A stretch of 32,000 nucleotides of DNA from Formosa sp. Hel1_33_131 (GTDB lineage: Bacteria > Bacteroidota > Bacteroidia > Flavobacteriales > Flavobacteriaceae), in contig NZ_CP017260.1 of the NCBI RefSeq assembly GCF_001735745.1, forward strand, positions 2,130,001 through 2,162,000. Reading direction: 5' to 3'. Shown piece after piece: positions 7,979 through 17,515 of the stretch. The notes beneath the pieces are model-generated. The model was not told the DNA's origin, made no database searches, and saw only the letters and a list, made by a program, of their open reading frames with translations. Both the position numbers and the translations under genes were made by a program. The first letter of the stretch is position 1, and each line of letters starts with the position of its first letter.

Positions 7979-8160
7979 AACTTTCAAATTATAGTTAGGT
8001 ACTCATTTAGGTTTTTGAATGTTCAAAACGATCTGTAGCAGAGCTATAGGACTAGGTTTAAACTTATAAAATGAGGACTACTGATTAACTGTAATTCATA
8101 AAGAATGACAGTTAGTTAAATTGGTTATAATATTTCATAAATATAATAAAAAAATCAATC

Positions 8161-8195
8161 AAAAAAAAAACGCTTGCAAATTATGCAAGCGTTTT
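8161..8195 (-). terminator. Rho-independent terminator of the GSII gene
   Basis: A10-CGCTTGCA-aatta-TGCAAGCG-T4. On the minus strand the hairpin is followed by U10, 25 bp after the stop. Confidence 0.75.
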
Positions 8196-8219
8196 ATAAG
8201 TAAGTAAAAGAAGGAGTGA

Positions 8220-9242
8220 TTAAATCTTAGCAGACTTTACCGTTTTAATGATACGTCCTGCAATCTTATAAGGATCTCCATTTGAAGCCGGTCTTCTGTC
8301 TTCTAACCAGCCTTTCCAGCCTTTTTCAACAGCAATAATTGGAATACGAATTGAAGCGCCTCTATCTGAAACTCCCCAAGAGAAATCGGTGATTGCAGCC
8401 GTTTCGTGTAAACCAGTTAAACGTTGGTCGTTAAACTCACCATAAACTTCGATATGTTCTTTTACAACAGGTCTAAATGCTTCACAAATTTTAGCATATA
8501 CCTCTTTATCTCCACAAGTTCTTAAAATTGTATTTGAGAAGTTTGCATGCATTCCGGAACCATTCCAATCCATGTCTTTTCCTAATGGTTTTGGATGGTA
8601 ATCAATATAGTAACCATACTTTTCTGTTAAACGATCTAGTAAGTAACGAGCAATCCAAATTTCATCACCCGCTTGTTTAGCTCCTTTAGCAAACAATTGG
8701 AATTCCCATTGTCCGGATGCTACTTCTTGATTTATTCCTTCAAAATTTAAGCCAGCATCAATACATAAATCAGCATGTTCTTCGACTAAATTTCTTCCGT
8801 GTGTATGTAATCCACCAACTGAACAATAGTACATTCCTTGTGGTGCAGGGTAGCCTCCAATTGGGAATCCTAATGGCAATTGTGTTTTTGTATCCATGAT
8901 AAAATACTCTTGCTCAAAACCAAACCAGAAATCATTGTCTTCATCCTCAATAGTAGCTCTGCCGTTAGAAACGTGAGGCGTACCATCTGCATTCAAAACT
9001 TCAGTCATGACCAAAAAACCATTAATTCTTGCAGGATCTGGATAGATTGCAACCGGTTTTAACAAACAATCAGAAGCACCACCAGAGGCTTGCCTTGTTG
9101 ATGAACCATCAAAAGACCAATTCTCTAATTCCTCTATAGTTCCCTGAAAGTTTTCATGTTCTTCAACTTTAGTTTTACTTCTCATATTCTGAGTTGGATA
9201 ATATCCATCTAACCAAATATATTCTAATTTAATTTTTGCCAT
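8220..9242 (-). CDS. glnII: Glutamine synthetase, type II (eukaryote-like GSII)
   Basis: The N-terminus KIKLEYIWLDGYYPTQNMRSKTK is the GSII signature start. Length is 340 aa and catalytic-domain motifs are present (FGFEQEYF, NGSGMHANFS). Confidence 0.85.
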   Translation of the reverse strand: MAKIKLEYIWLDGYYPTQNMRSKTKVEEHENFQGTIEELENWSFDGSSTRQASGGASDCLLKPVAIYPDPARINGFLVMTEVLNADGTPHVSNGRATIEDEDNDFWFGFEQEYFIMDTKTQLPLGFPIGGYPAPQGMYYCSVGGLHTHGRNLVEEHADLCIDAGLNFEGINQEVASGQWEFQLFAKGAKQAGDEIWIARYLLDRLTEKYGYYIDYHPKPLGKDMDWNGSGMHANFSNTILRTCGDKEVYAKICEAFRPVVKEHIEVYGEFNDQRLTGLHETAAITDFSWGVSDRGASIRIPIIAVEKGWKGWLEDRRPASNGDPYKIAGRIIKTVKSAKI

Positions 9243-9456
9243 AATTTTTTAAATGTTTAAAATAATCACAACAAATATAAAACTAATGATAGTTACTCTA
9301 TTTTTTTAAGGGTAGATTTTATTAACACTTATATATTTTTATTGAATACCCTATATTTTTAAGGGTTTCATTATATTTTTCATATTTTAAGACTAGATAA
9401 ATTTTATATTTGTTAATAAATATTTTGCCGAACGCTTATTTCTGCCGCTAATATTT

Positions 9457-9464
9457 TATTTTTG
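9457..9464 (+). promoter_or_regulatory. Candidate Bacteroidota -7 box (TATTTTTG) for glnN
   Basis: It matches TAnnTTTG and sits 32 bp upstream of the glnN ATG. The nearest TTG, at 9425-9427, is spaced too far for a textbook -33 element. Confidence 0.25.
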
Positions 9465-9495
9465 TACTAAGATTTTCACTTAAAACCAGTTACTT

Positions 9496-11682
9496 ATGTC
9501 AACACTTAGATTTCATGCTCTCAAACAGTCTTTAGACCGCCCCCCAACCTTAGTTGCTAAAGAAGCCAAACAATCCGAAATTTTCGGAGCCAATGTTTTT
9601 GGATTTAAAACCATGCGTCAATTTTTGACCAAAGAAGCGCTGAACAGTCTTATGTTGGCAATTAATAAAGGAGATAAAATCAACCGTCCCATCGCCGATC
9701 AGATTGCCTCTTCTATGAAAGATTGGGCCATGGCCAAAGGCGTCACACATTATACACACTGGTTTCAACCTTTGACAGGAGCTACTGCCGAAAAACACGA
9801 TGCCTTTTTTGAAACCCTAGGCAATGGCGAATCCCTTGAGCGTTTTGAAGGAAATCAACTCGTTCAACAAGAACCAGACGCATCTTCCTTTCCTAATGGA
9901 GGCATTCGAAATACGTTTGAAGCCCGTGGTTATACCGCTTGGGACCCAACCTCTCCAGCCTTTATTTTTGGAACCACACTTTGTATTCCGACTGTTTTTG
10001 TAGCGTACACAGGAGAAGCTTTGGATTATAAAACACCTTTATTACGCGCACTGAATGCCGTCGATCATGCAGCGACTGACGTCGCTCGTTATTTTGATAA
10101 AACGGTCAAAAAAGTAACTGCCTCTTTAGGATGGGAACAAGAATATTTTTTGATTGATAAAGCTTTAGTGGCCTCTCGTCCAGATATAGAAATGACGGGG
10201 CGTACACTTTTAGGACATAGCTCTGCAAAAGATCAACAACTGGATGACCATTATTTTGGAACCATCCCAGCACGTGCCTTAAACTTTATGCGTGACTTAG
10301 AAACAGAATCTATGTTGCTAGGTATTCCCGTAAAAACACGCCATAATGAAGTTGCACCCAACCAATTTGAGTTGGCACCCATTTATGAAGAAGCTAACTT
10401 AGCAGTTGACCACAACTCACTAGTCATGGACGTCATGCAAAAAGTTGCCGACCGTCATCATTTTAAAGTCCTATTTCATGAAAAGCCATTTGCTGGTGTC
10501 AATGGATCTGGGAAACATAACAACTGGAGTTTAAGCACCGATACAGGAATTAATTTATTAGCCCCTGGAAAAACGCCGATGAGCAATTTGCAGTTTCTTA
10601 CATTTTTTGTCAATACCATTAAAGCGGTTCACGACAATGAAGAATTGCTTCGCGCATCGATTGCTTCAGCCACCAACGACCACCGTCTTGGAGCCAATGA
10701 AGCACCGCCAGCAATTATGTCTGTATTTATAGGAGCCCAACTTTCTAAAGTACTTCATGAATTGGAAGGAGTCACCAAAGGAAAATTATCTCCAGAAGAA
10801 AAAACAGATTTAAAACTGAATGTAGTTGGAAAAATCCCTGAGATTTTATTAGATAATACCGATCGGAATCGAACCTCTTCATTTGCGTTTACTGGTAATA
10901 AATTCGAATTTCGTGCCGTAGGTTCCACCGCTAATTGCGCCAATCCGATGACCGTTTTAAATTCGATTGTGGCACGTCAACTCATTGATTTTAAATCCGA
11001 AGCAGATGCGCTCATTGCAACAAAAGGATTGAAAAAAGATGAAGCCATATTTAATGTTTTAAGAGAATACATTAAAACCTCTCGAAATATTCTTTTTGAA
11101 GGAAATGGGTATGGCGATGACTGGCAAGCTGAAGCCGAAAAAAGAGGTTTGAGTAATAATAAAAATACGCCAGAGGCACTTAAAATCAAAATTGATCCTA
11201 AAACCATCGCACTTTATGAAGGCTTAAATGTCATGAATAAGGTCGAGATCGAAGCACGTTACGAGATAGAAATTGAAGAATACGTACATATTATTCAAAT
11301 CGAAGGGCGAACCTTAGGAGATATAGCCCGAAATCATGTGATTCCAACAGCGGTTAAATATCAAAATATTCTGATTGATAATGTCAAAGGACTAAAAGAT
11401 ATTTTCGGTAAAGACTTTAAGAAATATGCCAGCGAACAGTTGGTGTTAATTGCAGATATATCCCAACGAATCGAAGCGATTAACTCGGGTGTAACCACCA
11501 TGACCAACGCGCGTAAAAAAGCCAATACTGTTAAAGATACGACCAAAAAAGCAGCGATTTATTGTAACCAAGTGAAGCCACTGTTTGATGATATTCGATA
11601 CCATTGTGACAAGTTAGAACTCTTGATCGATGACGAATTATGGCCGTTAGCCAAGTACCGTGAATTGCTTTTTACGAAGTAA
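9496..11682 (+). CDS. glnN: Glutamine synthetase, type III (GSIII)
   Basis: 728 aa, which is the length class of Bacteroides-type GlnN. Conserved blocks include WEQEYFLID, NEVAPNQFELAP and NGSGKHNNWS. Confidence 0.9.
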   Translation: MSTLRFHALKQSLDRPPTLVAKEAKQSEIFGANVFGFKTMRQFLTKEALNSLMLAINKGDKINRPIADQIASSMKDWAMAKGVTHYTHWFQPLTGATAEKHDAFFETLGNGESLERFEGNQLVQQEPDASSFPNGGIRNTFEARGYTAWDPTSPAFIFGTTLCIPTVFVAYTGEALDYKTPLLRALNAVDHAATDVARYFDKTVKKVTASLGWEQEYFLIDKALVASRPDIEMTGRTLLGHSSAKDQQLDDHYFGTIPARALNFMRDLETESMLLGIPVKTRHNEVAPNQFELAPIYEEANLAVDHNSLVMDVMQKVADRHHFKVLFHEKPFAGVNGSGKHNNWSLSTDTGINLLAPGKTPMSNLQFLTFFVNTIKAVHDNEELLRASIASATNDHRLGANEAPPAIMSVFIGAQLSKVLHELEGVTKGKLSPEEKTDLKLNVVGKIPEILLDNTDRNRTSSFAFTGNKFEFRAVGSTANCANPMTVLNSIVARQLIDFKSEADALIATKGLKKDEAIFNVLREYIKTSRNILFEGNGYGDDWQAEAEKRGLSNNKNTPEALKIKIDPKTIALYEGLNVMNKVEIEARYEIEIEEYVHIIQIEGRTLGDIARNHVIPTAVKYQNILIDNVKGLKDIFGKDFKKYASEQLVLIADISQRIEAINSGVTTMTNARKKANTVKDTTKKAAIYCNQVKPLFDDIRYHCDKLELLIDDELWPLAKYRELLFTK

Positions 11683-11685
11683 GAC

Positions 11686-11780
11686 AAATGAGTATTAAGT
11701 AGGGAGTACAAAGTATTGAGAAAAAAGAGAAGAGAGTATAGAAAAATGAGTATTAAGTATAAAGTAACAAAGTATTAAGA
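11686..11780. repeat. Imperfect tandem repeat, period 58-59 bp, 2 copies
   Basis: AAATGAGTATTAAGTA occurs at 11686 and 11744. ACAAAGTATT(G/A)AG occurs at 11708 and 11767. Confidence 0.8.
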
Positions 11781-11817
11781 ATTAAAACGAAAGCTAAGTG
11801 TTCTCAGTATTGGGTCT

Positions 11818-11837
11818 CAAGGGGCTTAAGCCCCTTG
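11818..11837. repeat. 20-bp perfect GC-rich palindrome CAAGGGGCTTAAGCCCCTTG
   Basis: Read directly from the sequence. It lies 136 bp downstream of the glnN stop and no U-tract follows it. Confidence 0.8.
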
Positions 11838-11920
11838 TTATGCGTGTAGTCTTCTTTGTGTTTTACATTGTTAAAGCGCGGCAATCTGTTTTATGAGAAC
11901 AGACTATTTCGAATATCTAA

Positions 11921-11962
11921 CATCACACTGAGCCTGTCGAAGTTAGGCGCAGTCGAAGTGCA
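11921..11962 (+). repeat. Short dispersed intergenic repeat (CACTGAGC..GTCGAAGTG type), copy 1, internally about 1.5x duplicated
   Basis: GCGCAGTCGAAGTG (11947-11960) is the exact reverse complement of 17291-17304. The flanking CACTGAGC and AACAT also recur. Confidence 0.7.
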
Positions 11963-12130
11963 GAAAACTAAAAAAAAATTATGAGCAAAGAATTAAGTTA
12001 CTACTCATATTGCATCCTGCATCTTGACTCTTTTTTCTTTCCTCTCTATTCTATTCTCTTTACTCTATTTTCTTTTCTCTTTAGCCTTTTTCTTAAATAC
12101 TTTCTTATTTTTGCATAACAAATAATTTTT

Positions 12131-13309
12131 ATGGGCAACGAGATAAGTAAACGCTATGCACAACGAGGGGTTTCGGCATCCAAAGAAGATGTACATAACG
12201 CGATTAAAAATATAGACAAAGGATTGTTCCCACAAGCCTTTTGTAAAATTGTGCCCGATCATTTAACAAACGACGAAGATTATTGTCTCATTATGCACGC
12301 CGATGGTGCGGGGACCAAAAGTTCTTTAGCCTATATGTATTGGAAAGAAACCGGTGATATTTCGGTTTGGAAAGGCATCGCTCAAGATGCGCTCATTATG
12401 AATATCGATGATTTGTTATGTGTCGGTGCTACCGATCATATCATGCTATCTTCCACTATAGGACGTAATAAAAATGTCATTCCAGGCGGGGTGCTTTCAG
12501 CCATTATCAATGGTACTGAAGAACTCATAGAAGACCTTAAGGGGTTTGGAGTGACCATTCACGCTACTGGTGGTGAAACAGCAGATGTTGGAGATTTGGT
12601 CAGAACTATCATTGTCGATTCCACAGTGACTGCCAGAATGCCCCGAAACAAAGTTATTGACAATGCGAATATACAGCCCGGCGATGTGATTGTTGGTCTG
12701 GCTTCTTTTGGTCAAGCAACCTATGAAACAACCTATAATGGAGGCATGGGAAGTAATGGATTGACTTCTGCAAGGCATGATGTATTTGGACACTATTTAG
12801 CAGACAAATATCCCGAAAGTTATGATGCGGCGGTTCCTAAAGAATTGGTGTATTCTGGACAGGTAAAGTTAACCGATGCCGTTGAAGATTCTCCTATTGA
12901 TGCAGGGAAGTTAGTATTGTCGCCAACACGAACCTATGCACCGATTATCAAAACAATTTTAGAGCGTTATACTTCCGATTCAATTCACGGAATGGTGCAT
13001 TGTAGTGGAGGAGCTCAAACTAAAATTCTTCATTTTGTAGAAGACTTACATATTATTAAAGACAATATGTTTGCAGTGCCACCACTGTTTAAGCTGATAC
13101 AAGAACAATCCAATACCGATTGGAAAGAAATGTATCAAGTATTTAATTGTGGCCACCGCATGGAACTCTATGTACAACCTGACATTGCAGATGCCATTAT
13201 AGCCATCTCAAAATCATACAATGTGGACGCTCAAATAATAGGTCGTGTTGAAGCTGCAGACACCAAAAAACTGACCATTCAAAGTGCGTTTGGGACGTTT
13301 GAGTATTAG
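12131..13309 (+). CDS. purM: Phosphoribosylformylglycinamidine cyclo-ligase (AIR synthase)
   Basis: AIR-synthase N- and C-domain motifs are present (HADGAGTK, DDLLCVGA, HCSGGAQTK). The 392-aa length fits the long Bacteroidota form. Confidence 0.8.
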   Translation: MGNEISKRYAQRGVSASKEDVHNAIKNIDKGLFPQAFCKIVPDHLTNDEDYCLIMHADGAGTKSSLAYMYWKETGDISVWKGIAQDALIMNIDDLLCVGATDHIMLSSTIGRNKNVIPGGVLSAIINGTEELIEDLKGFGVTIHATGGETADVGDLVRTIIVDSTVTARMPRNKVIDNANIQPGDVIVGLASFGQATYETTYNGGMGSNGLTSARHDVFGHYLADKYPESYDAAVPKELVYSGQVKLTDAVEDSPIDAGKLVLSPTRTYAPIIKTILERYTSDSIHGMVHCSGGAQTKILHFVEDLHIIKDNMFAVPPLFKLIQEQSNTDWKEMYQVFNCGHRMELYVQPDIADAIIAISKSYNVDAQIIGRVEAADTKKLTIQSAFGTFEY

Positions 13310-13374
13310 GGACGCAATTCAACCCCTCTGAATCCATAAAAAACAGTACTTTTGCAACATAATTCTCCAAGTAG

Positions 13375-14451
13375 ATGTTAGAAAAAATACAAATAGTTAA
13401 GCAACGTTTCGATGAAATAAATGATTTGATCATCCAGCCGGATATTATATCGGATCAGAAACGCTATGTGCAGCTAAATAAAGAATACAAAGATTTAAAA
13501 AAGATGGTTGACAAAGGTCTTGTTTATGAGGCCTTAATGTCTAATGTCGAAGAAGCTCAAGAAATCATATCGGATGGGAGTGATGCTGAAATGGTTGAAA
13601 TGGCCAAGATGCAAATGGAAGAAGCCAAGGCTCAAATTCCTGCCCTTGAAGAAGAAATGAGAGTGCTTTTAATTCCAAAAGATCCAGATGACGCTAAAAA
13701 TGTAGTGATGGAAATTCGTGCTGGAGCCGGTGGAGATGAAGCCAGTATTTTTGCTGGAGACCTGCATCGTATGTACACAAAATATTGTGAGTCTAAAGGT
13801 TGGAGAGTTGATATTGTAGATTTTAACCACGGAACATCCGGCGGTTTTAAAGAAGTTATTTTTGAAGTCAGCGGTGAAGATGTATATGGCACTCTAAAAT
13901 TTGAAGCAGGCGTACACCGTGTGCAACGTGTACCACAAACAGAAACCCAAGGACGTGTGCATACAAGTGCAGCCTCCGTGATTGTATTGCCAGAAGCAGA
14001 AGAATTTGATGTACAACTCGACATGACAGAAGTCAGAATTGAGCGTACCACTTCTACAGGGCCTGGGGGTCAGTCGGTTAATACCACCTATTCAGCGATC
14101 AAATTACACCACGAACCAACGGGTATGATTGTAAGTTGTCAAGATCAAAAATCATCTCATAAAAATTTAGAAAAAGCACTGAAAGTATTAAGGTCTCGTT
14201 TGTATGAAATGGAATTGGCTAAAAAACAAGCCGCAGATTCTGAGAAACGAATGAGCATGGTATCTTCAGGGGATCGAAGTGCCAAAATTAGAACTTACAA
14301 CTATCCGCAAGGACGCGTTACTGAACACCGTATTGGATTGACATTGTATGATTTGTCAAACATTATTAACGGCGATATCCAGAAAATCATCAGTGAACTC
14401 ATGATGGCAGAAAACACCGAAAAACTCAAAGCAGATACTGGCGCAATCTAA
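13375..14451 (+). CDS. prfA: Peptide chain release factor 1
   Basis: GGQ motif ([12 protein letters not shown]), codon-recognition region [15 protein letters not shown] and 358-aa length. Confidence 0.92.
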   Translation: MLEKIQIVKQRFDEINDLIIQPDIISDQKRYVQLNKEYKDLKKMVDKGLVYEALMSNVEEAQEIISDGSDAEMVEMAKMQMEEAKAQIPALEEEMRVLLIPKDPDDAKNVVMEIRAGAGGDEASIFAGDLHRMYTKYCESKGWRVDIVDFNHGTSGGFKEVIFEVSGEDVYGTLKFEAGVHRVQRVPQTETQGRVHTSAASVIVLPEAEEFDVQLDMTEVRIERTTSTGPGGQSVNTTYSAIKLHHEPTGMIVSCQDQKSSHKNLEKALKVLRSRLYEMELAKKQAADSEKRMSMVSSGDRSAKIRTYNYPQGRVTEHRIGLTLYDLSNIINGDIQKIISELMMAENTEKLKADTGAI

Positions 14452-14457
14452 TTGTAT

Positions 14458-15276
14458 ATGACGACTCAAACACTTGTTTCTGAAATCAAAAAAAAGCAAT
14501 CCTTTCTTTGTATCGGGTTGGACGTCGATTTGTCTAAAATACCAACTCATTTATTAGAATTAGAAGACCCTATTTTTGAGTTTAATAAAGCAATTATAGA
14601 TGCTACCCATCAGTTGTGTGTGGCTTATAAACCGAATACGGCGTTTTATGAAGCCTATGGCTTAAAAGGTTGGAAGTCGCTTCAAAAAACAATTACCTAT
14701 CTGAATACGAATTACCCTGAGATTTTTACAATTGCCGACGCCAAACGCGGCGATATTGGAAATACTAGCAGCATGTACGCCAAGGCCTTTTTTGAAGATT
14801 TAGCGTTTGACAGTGTCACAGTTGCACCTTATATGGGCAAAGATTCGATTGAACCTTTTTTAGAATTTCAAGATAAGCATACCATTATGCTGGCCTTAAC
14901 ATCCAATGCCGGTGCTTATGATTTTCAAACGCTTACAACAGATGGGAAACCGCTTTATCAATCCGTACTAGAAACCTCAAAAGGGTGGAAGAACTCCAAA
15001 AACTTAATGTATGTAGTGGGTGCGACCAAAGCATCTTATTTTGCTGAAATCAGAAAGATAGTCCCCAATAGTTTTTTATTAGTACCAGGCGTTGGTGCGC
15101 AAGGCGGTAGTTTGGCTGAGGTCTGCAAATACGGAATGAATTCTGATATTGGACTTTTAGTAAATTCTTCCAGAGGGATTATTTATGCGTGTTCGGATCG
15201 TGACTTTGCGACACAAGCAGCTCAAAAAGCGAAAACCCTACAATTGGAAATGGCAGCCTTAATGCCTGAAAATTAA
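14458..15276 (+). CDS. pyrF: Orotidine-5'-phosphate decarboxylase (type 2)
   Basis: Motifs [20 protein letters not shown] and [14 protein letters not shown] at 14458 is preferred over the TTG at 14452 used by the track. Confidence 0.88.
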   Translation: MTTQTLVSEIKKKQSFLCIGLDVDLSKIPTHLLELEDPIFEFNKAIIDATHQLCVAYKPNTAFYEAYGLKGWKSLQKTITYLNTNYPEIFTIADAKRGDIGNTSSMYAKAFFEDLAFDSVTVAPYMGKDSIEPFLEFQDKHTIMLALTSNAGAYDFQTLTTDGKPLYQSVLETSKGWKNSKNLMYVVGATKASYFAEIRKIVPNSFLLVPGVGAQGGSLAEVCKYGMNSDIGLLVNSSRGIIYACSDRDFATQAAQKAKTLQLEMAALMPEN

Positions 15277-15288
15277 ACACAAACTTTC

Positions 15289-15681
15289 TTAAATAGTCAG
15301 CATCCAAGTTTTCTGAAGTTTCTTGAATTTTTTTAATTCTCTATTGAGAATGGACATAAACTCACGCCCATCACTATTGCATTTTTCCAAACGACGGCAG
15401 TTGACAAACAATCCGTTGGTGAGCCATTTTAAGGTTTCGGCATGCTTATGTTTCTGTTCTGAAAACGGCTCTTGTGCGGCTTTCATAATCTCAGGGGCTA
15501 ATGAATCTGATTGACGAATGATATCGCCTGAAAAATAGATGTTGGTATCTTCGCGTCCGTTGGATTTCAAAACTGAAAGATCGGCTCTCAAATAATCTGA
15601 GATTACTTTAGAAAGAGATCCTATTTCCACTGCTTTTTTATAAAAAGCTGTATTCAATTCTGAAGAACTTTGAAACGTCAT
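15289..15681 (-). CDS. Hypothetical protein (130 aa)
   Basis: Clean ORF with an ATG start and convergent with pyrF. I recognise no motif. Confidence 0.5.
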   Translation of the reverse strand: MTFQSSSELNTAFYKKAVEIGSLSKVISDYLRADLSVLKSNGREDTNIYFSGDIIRQSDSLAPEIMKAAQEPFSEQKHKHAETLKWLTNGLFVNCRRLEKCNSDGREFMSILNRELKKFKKLQKTWMLTI

Positions 15682-15799
15682 AATTAAAATAATAATTACC
15701 TCAAAATTAGAGCAAAAAAGAGGAGTCTATATTTAATATTTAAAGTAATATGTGTTTATTTATTTAATTTTTAATATTTTTATCAGAAATACTTTAAAT

Positions 15800-16240
15800 A
15801 TGAAGTTAGATGCTTTACATTCCAAAATTTTAGAACAACTGCAATGCAATGCACGCGTTTCTAATACATCCATCGCCAACCAAGTTGGAATAACGTCCCC
15901 TGCGGTTACAGAACGTATCAAAAAATTGGAAGATGCAGGTATTATAGATGGCTATTATGCCAAAGTCTCTCATTTTGAGTTAGGCTATGATTTCAGAGCC
16001 CTGATTACTGTCCGGGCATTTATGGGACGACTTCAACCCTTTTTACACAAAGTGAAAACCTTGGACGAAGTCATTAACTGTTACCGCATTACTGGAAATG
16101 AAAACATTGTGATGGAAGTGGTGCTTCAAAATCAACGTCACCTCGAAAAACTGATTGACCAACTGATTACATACGGAGAAACCAAAACTCAAATTATTCT
16201 CTCAAATGTGGTGTCAAATCGTCCCATATTAAAAAAGTAA
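15800..16240 (+). CDS. Lrp/AsnC-family transcriptional regulator
   Basis: LDALHSKILEQLQCNARVSNTSIANQVGITSPAVTERIKKLEDAGII is a typical Lrp/AsnC HTH, followed by a RAM-like C-terminal domain. ATG at 15800 is preferred over the upstream GTG used by the track. Confidence 0.85.
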   Translation: MKLDALHSKILEQLQCNARVSNTSIANQVGITSPAVTERIKKLEDAGIIDGYYAKVSHFELGYDFRALITVRAFMGRLQPFLHKVKTLDEVINCYRITGNENIVMEVVLQNQRHLEKLIDQLITYGETKTQIILSNVVSNRPILKK

Positions 16241-16281
16241 TTGTATTTTTATACATAAACAAACAATAAAAACACACCCAG

Positions 16282-16893
16282 ATGAAAACAAAATCTATTT
16301 TTTTCAGTGCAGTAGCACTCTTAATTTTTGTAGGTTGTCAATCTCAAAAACGACCTTTAAAAGCACAGTCGGAATTTCAAACACAACAAAACAGCTTTTT
16401 TAAAGACGCCTCTAAATCGCCCTTAAAATCCAAAGATTTAAAAGCGTTTGAAGGGCTTGTGTTTTTCCCAATTGATTCTCTGTTTGTTGTAGAAGCGCAG
16501 TTGAAGCGCACGCCAAACACGCCTTTTTTTGATATGAAAACTACCACTAAGCGAGTGACCAAAGAACGCATTTTTGGAATTTTGTCGTTCACTATTAATA
16601 AGGAGTCTTATAAATTAAATGTATATCAAGGCGCACCAGACCCAGATGATGAAGCTGATTCAGACTATTTGTTTCTTCCTTTTTTGGATGACACAAACGG
16701 AACGGAAACCTATGGTGGTGGGCGCTATATTGATTTGACTATTCCTGAAGGAAACCAGTTGACAATTGATTTTAATAAATCTTACAATCCCTACTGTGCG
16801 TACAATGAAAAATACTCTTGCCCAATTGTGCCGAGAGAAAATTACCTTCCTCTAAAAATGAATGCAGGTGTCAAACGCTTTAAAGATCATTAA
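16282..16893 (+). CDS. DUF1684-like lipoprotein
   Basis: Lipobox (FVGC) and a C-terminal block (GGGRYIDL...IDFNKSYNPYCAYNEKYSCPIVPRENYL) that matches my memory of DUF1684. Confidence 0.65.
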   Translation: MKTKSIFFSAVALLIFVGCQSQKRPLKAQSEFQTQQNSFFKDASKSPLKSKDLKAFEGLVFFPIDSLFVVEAQLKRTPNTPFFDMKTTTKRVTKERIFGILSFTINKESYKLNVYQGAPDPDDEADSDYLFLPFLDDTNGTETYGGGRYIDLTIPEGNQLTIDFNKSYNPYCAYNEKYSCPIVPRENYLPLKMNAGVKRFKDH

Positions 16894-17261
16894 AAACTTT
16901 TGGAGATAAAAAGTCCTATAAATACGGCTGCAAGTCCAAGTCCAATAGAACCCAAGGTATAGATGAAAAAGCTGGTAAAATCACCTTCTTTTAGAAACAC
17001 TTGATTTTCATACGCAAAGGCTGAAAAGGTGGTGAAACCACCACAAAATCCGGTGATTAAAAGCAAGGTTTGATTCTCGGAGAGACTGCTGTTTTTTAAG
17101 GCAACCCCCATCAAGATTCCGATGAGCAGACTGCCTAACAAGTTTACAGAAAAAGTACCCCAAGGAAACCCTGAAGCGGAAGTCTTTAAAAATTTTCCGA
17201 CCAGATATCGCAGTGCACTTCCAACGCCACCGCCTATAAAGACTAATAAAACTTGCTTCAT
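16890..17261 (-). CDS. crcB: Fluoride ion channel CrcB/FluC
   Basis: 123 aa, 4 TM segments, N-terminal GGGVGSALRY and GFCGGFTTFSAF motifs. Confidence 0.9.
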   Translation of the reverse strand: MKQVLLVFIGGGVGSALRYLVGKFLKTSASGFPWGTFSVNLLGSLLIGILMGVALKNSSLSENQTLLLITGFCGGFTTFSAFAYENQVFLKEGDFTSFFIYTLGSIGLGLAAVFIGLFISKSF

Positions 17262-17283
17262 GTGTTTTTATTTATTGTTTTTT

Positions 17284-17320
17284 AAGGTCACACTTCGACT
17301 GCGCTCAGTGCAAGTATGTT
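17284..17320 (-). repeat. Short dispersed intergenic repeat, copy 2 (inverted relative to copy 1)
   Basis: The reverse complement reads AACATACTTGCACTGAGCGCAGTCGAAGTGTGACC. It shares a 14-nt exact core and flanks with 11921-11962. Confidence 0.7.
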
Positions 17321-17515
17321 ATATCCATCTGATTATTTCCCTGGGTATCAATATTAAGTGATGGATGGTTCATTTATTTATACTTTCCGCTAAATTAAAA
17401 ATAGATTTCTTAGTAACAACCAAAAATGATTTTTATTAGTTAATGAAAATACATTATATTCGTGGATATTTGAATTATCTCTCAAACAAACTATTAAACT
17501 TAAAATTAAAATCAA

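Noticed and set aside
12065-12262. 65-aa minus-strand ORF overlapping the purM start
   Set aside because: It is antisense to purM and to the pyrimidine tract, with Lys/Phe-rich low-complexity content.
13933-13941. The RF1 codon-recognition tripeptide reads PQT instead of the textbook PAT/PVT
   Set aside because: The middle residue of PxT is variable, and I believe PQT is common in Bacteroidota RF1. This needs an alignment and is not evidence of altered stop-codon reading.
17262-17400. Looked for a fluoride (crcB-motif) riboswitch upstream of crcB
   Set aside because: The minus-strand leader lacks the short GGnGAUGG..UUCnCC stem, the AACCGCC block and the GAUGAnnCCUAC pseudoknot partner. Only a generic ATCCATC/GATGGAT hairpin and the dispersed repeat are present.
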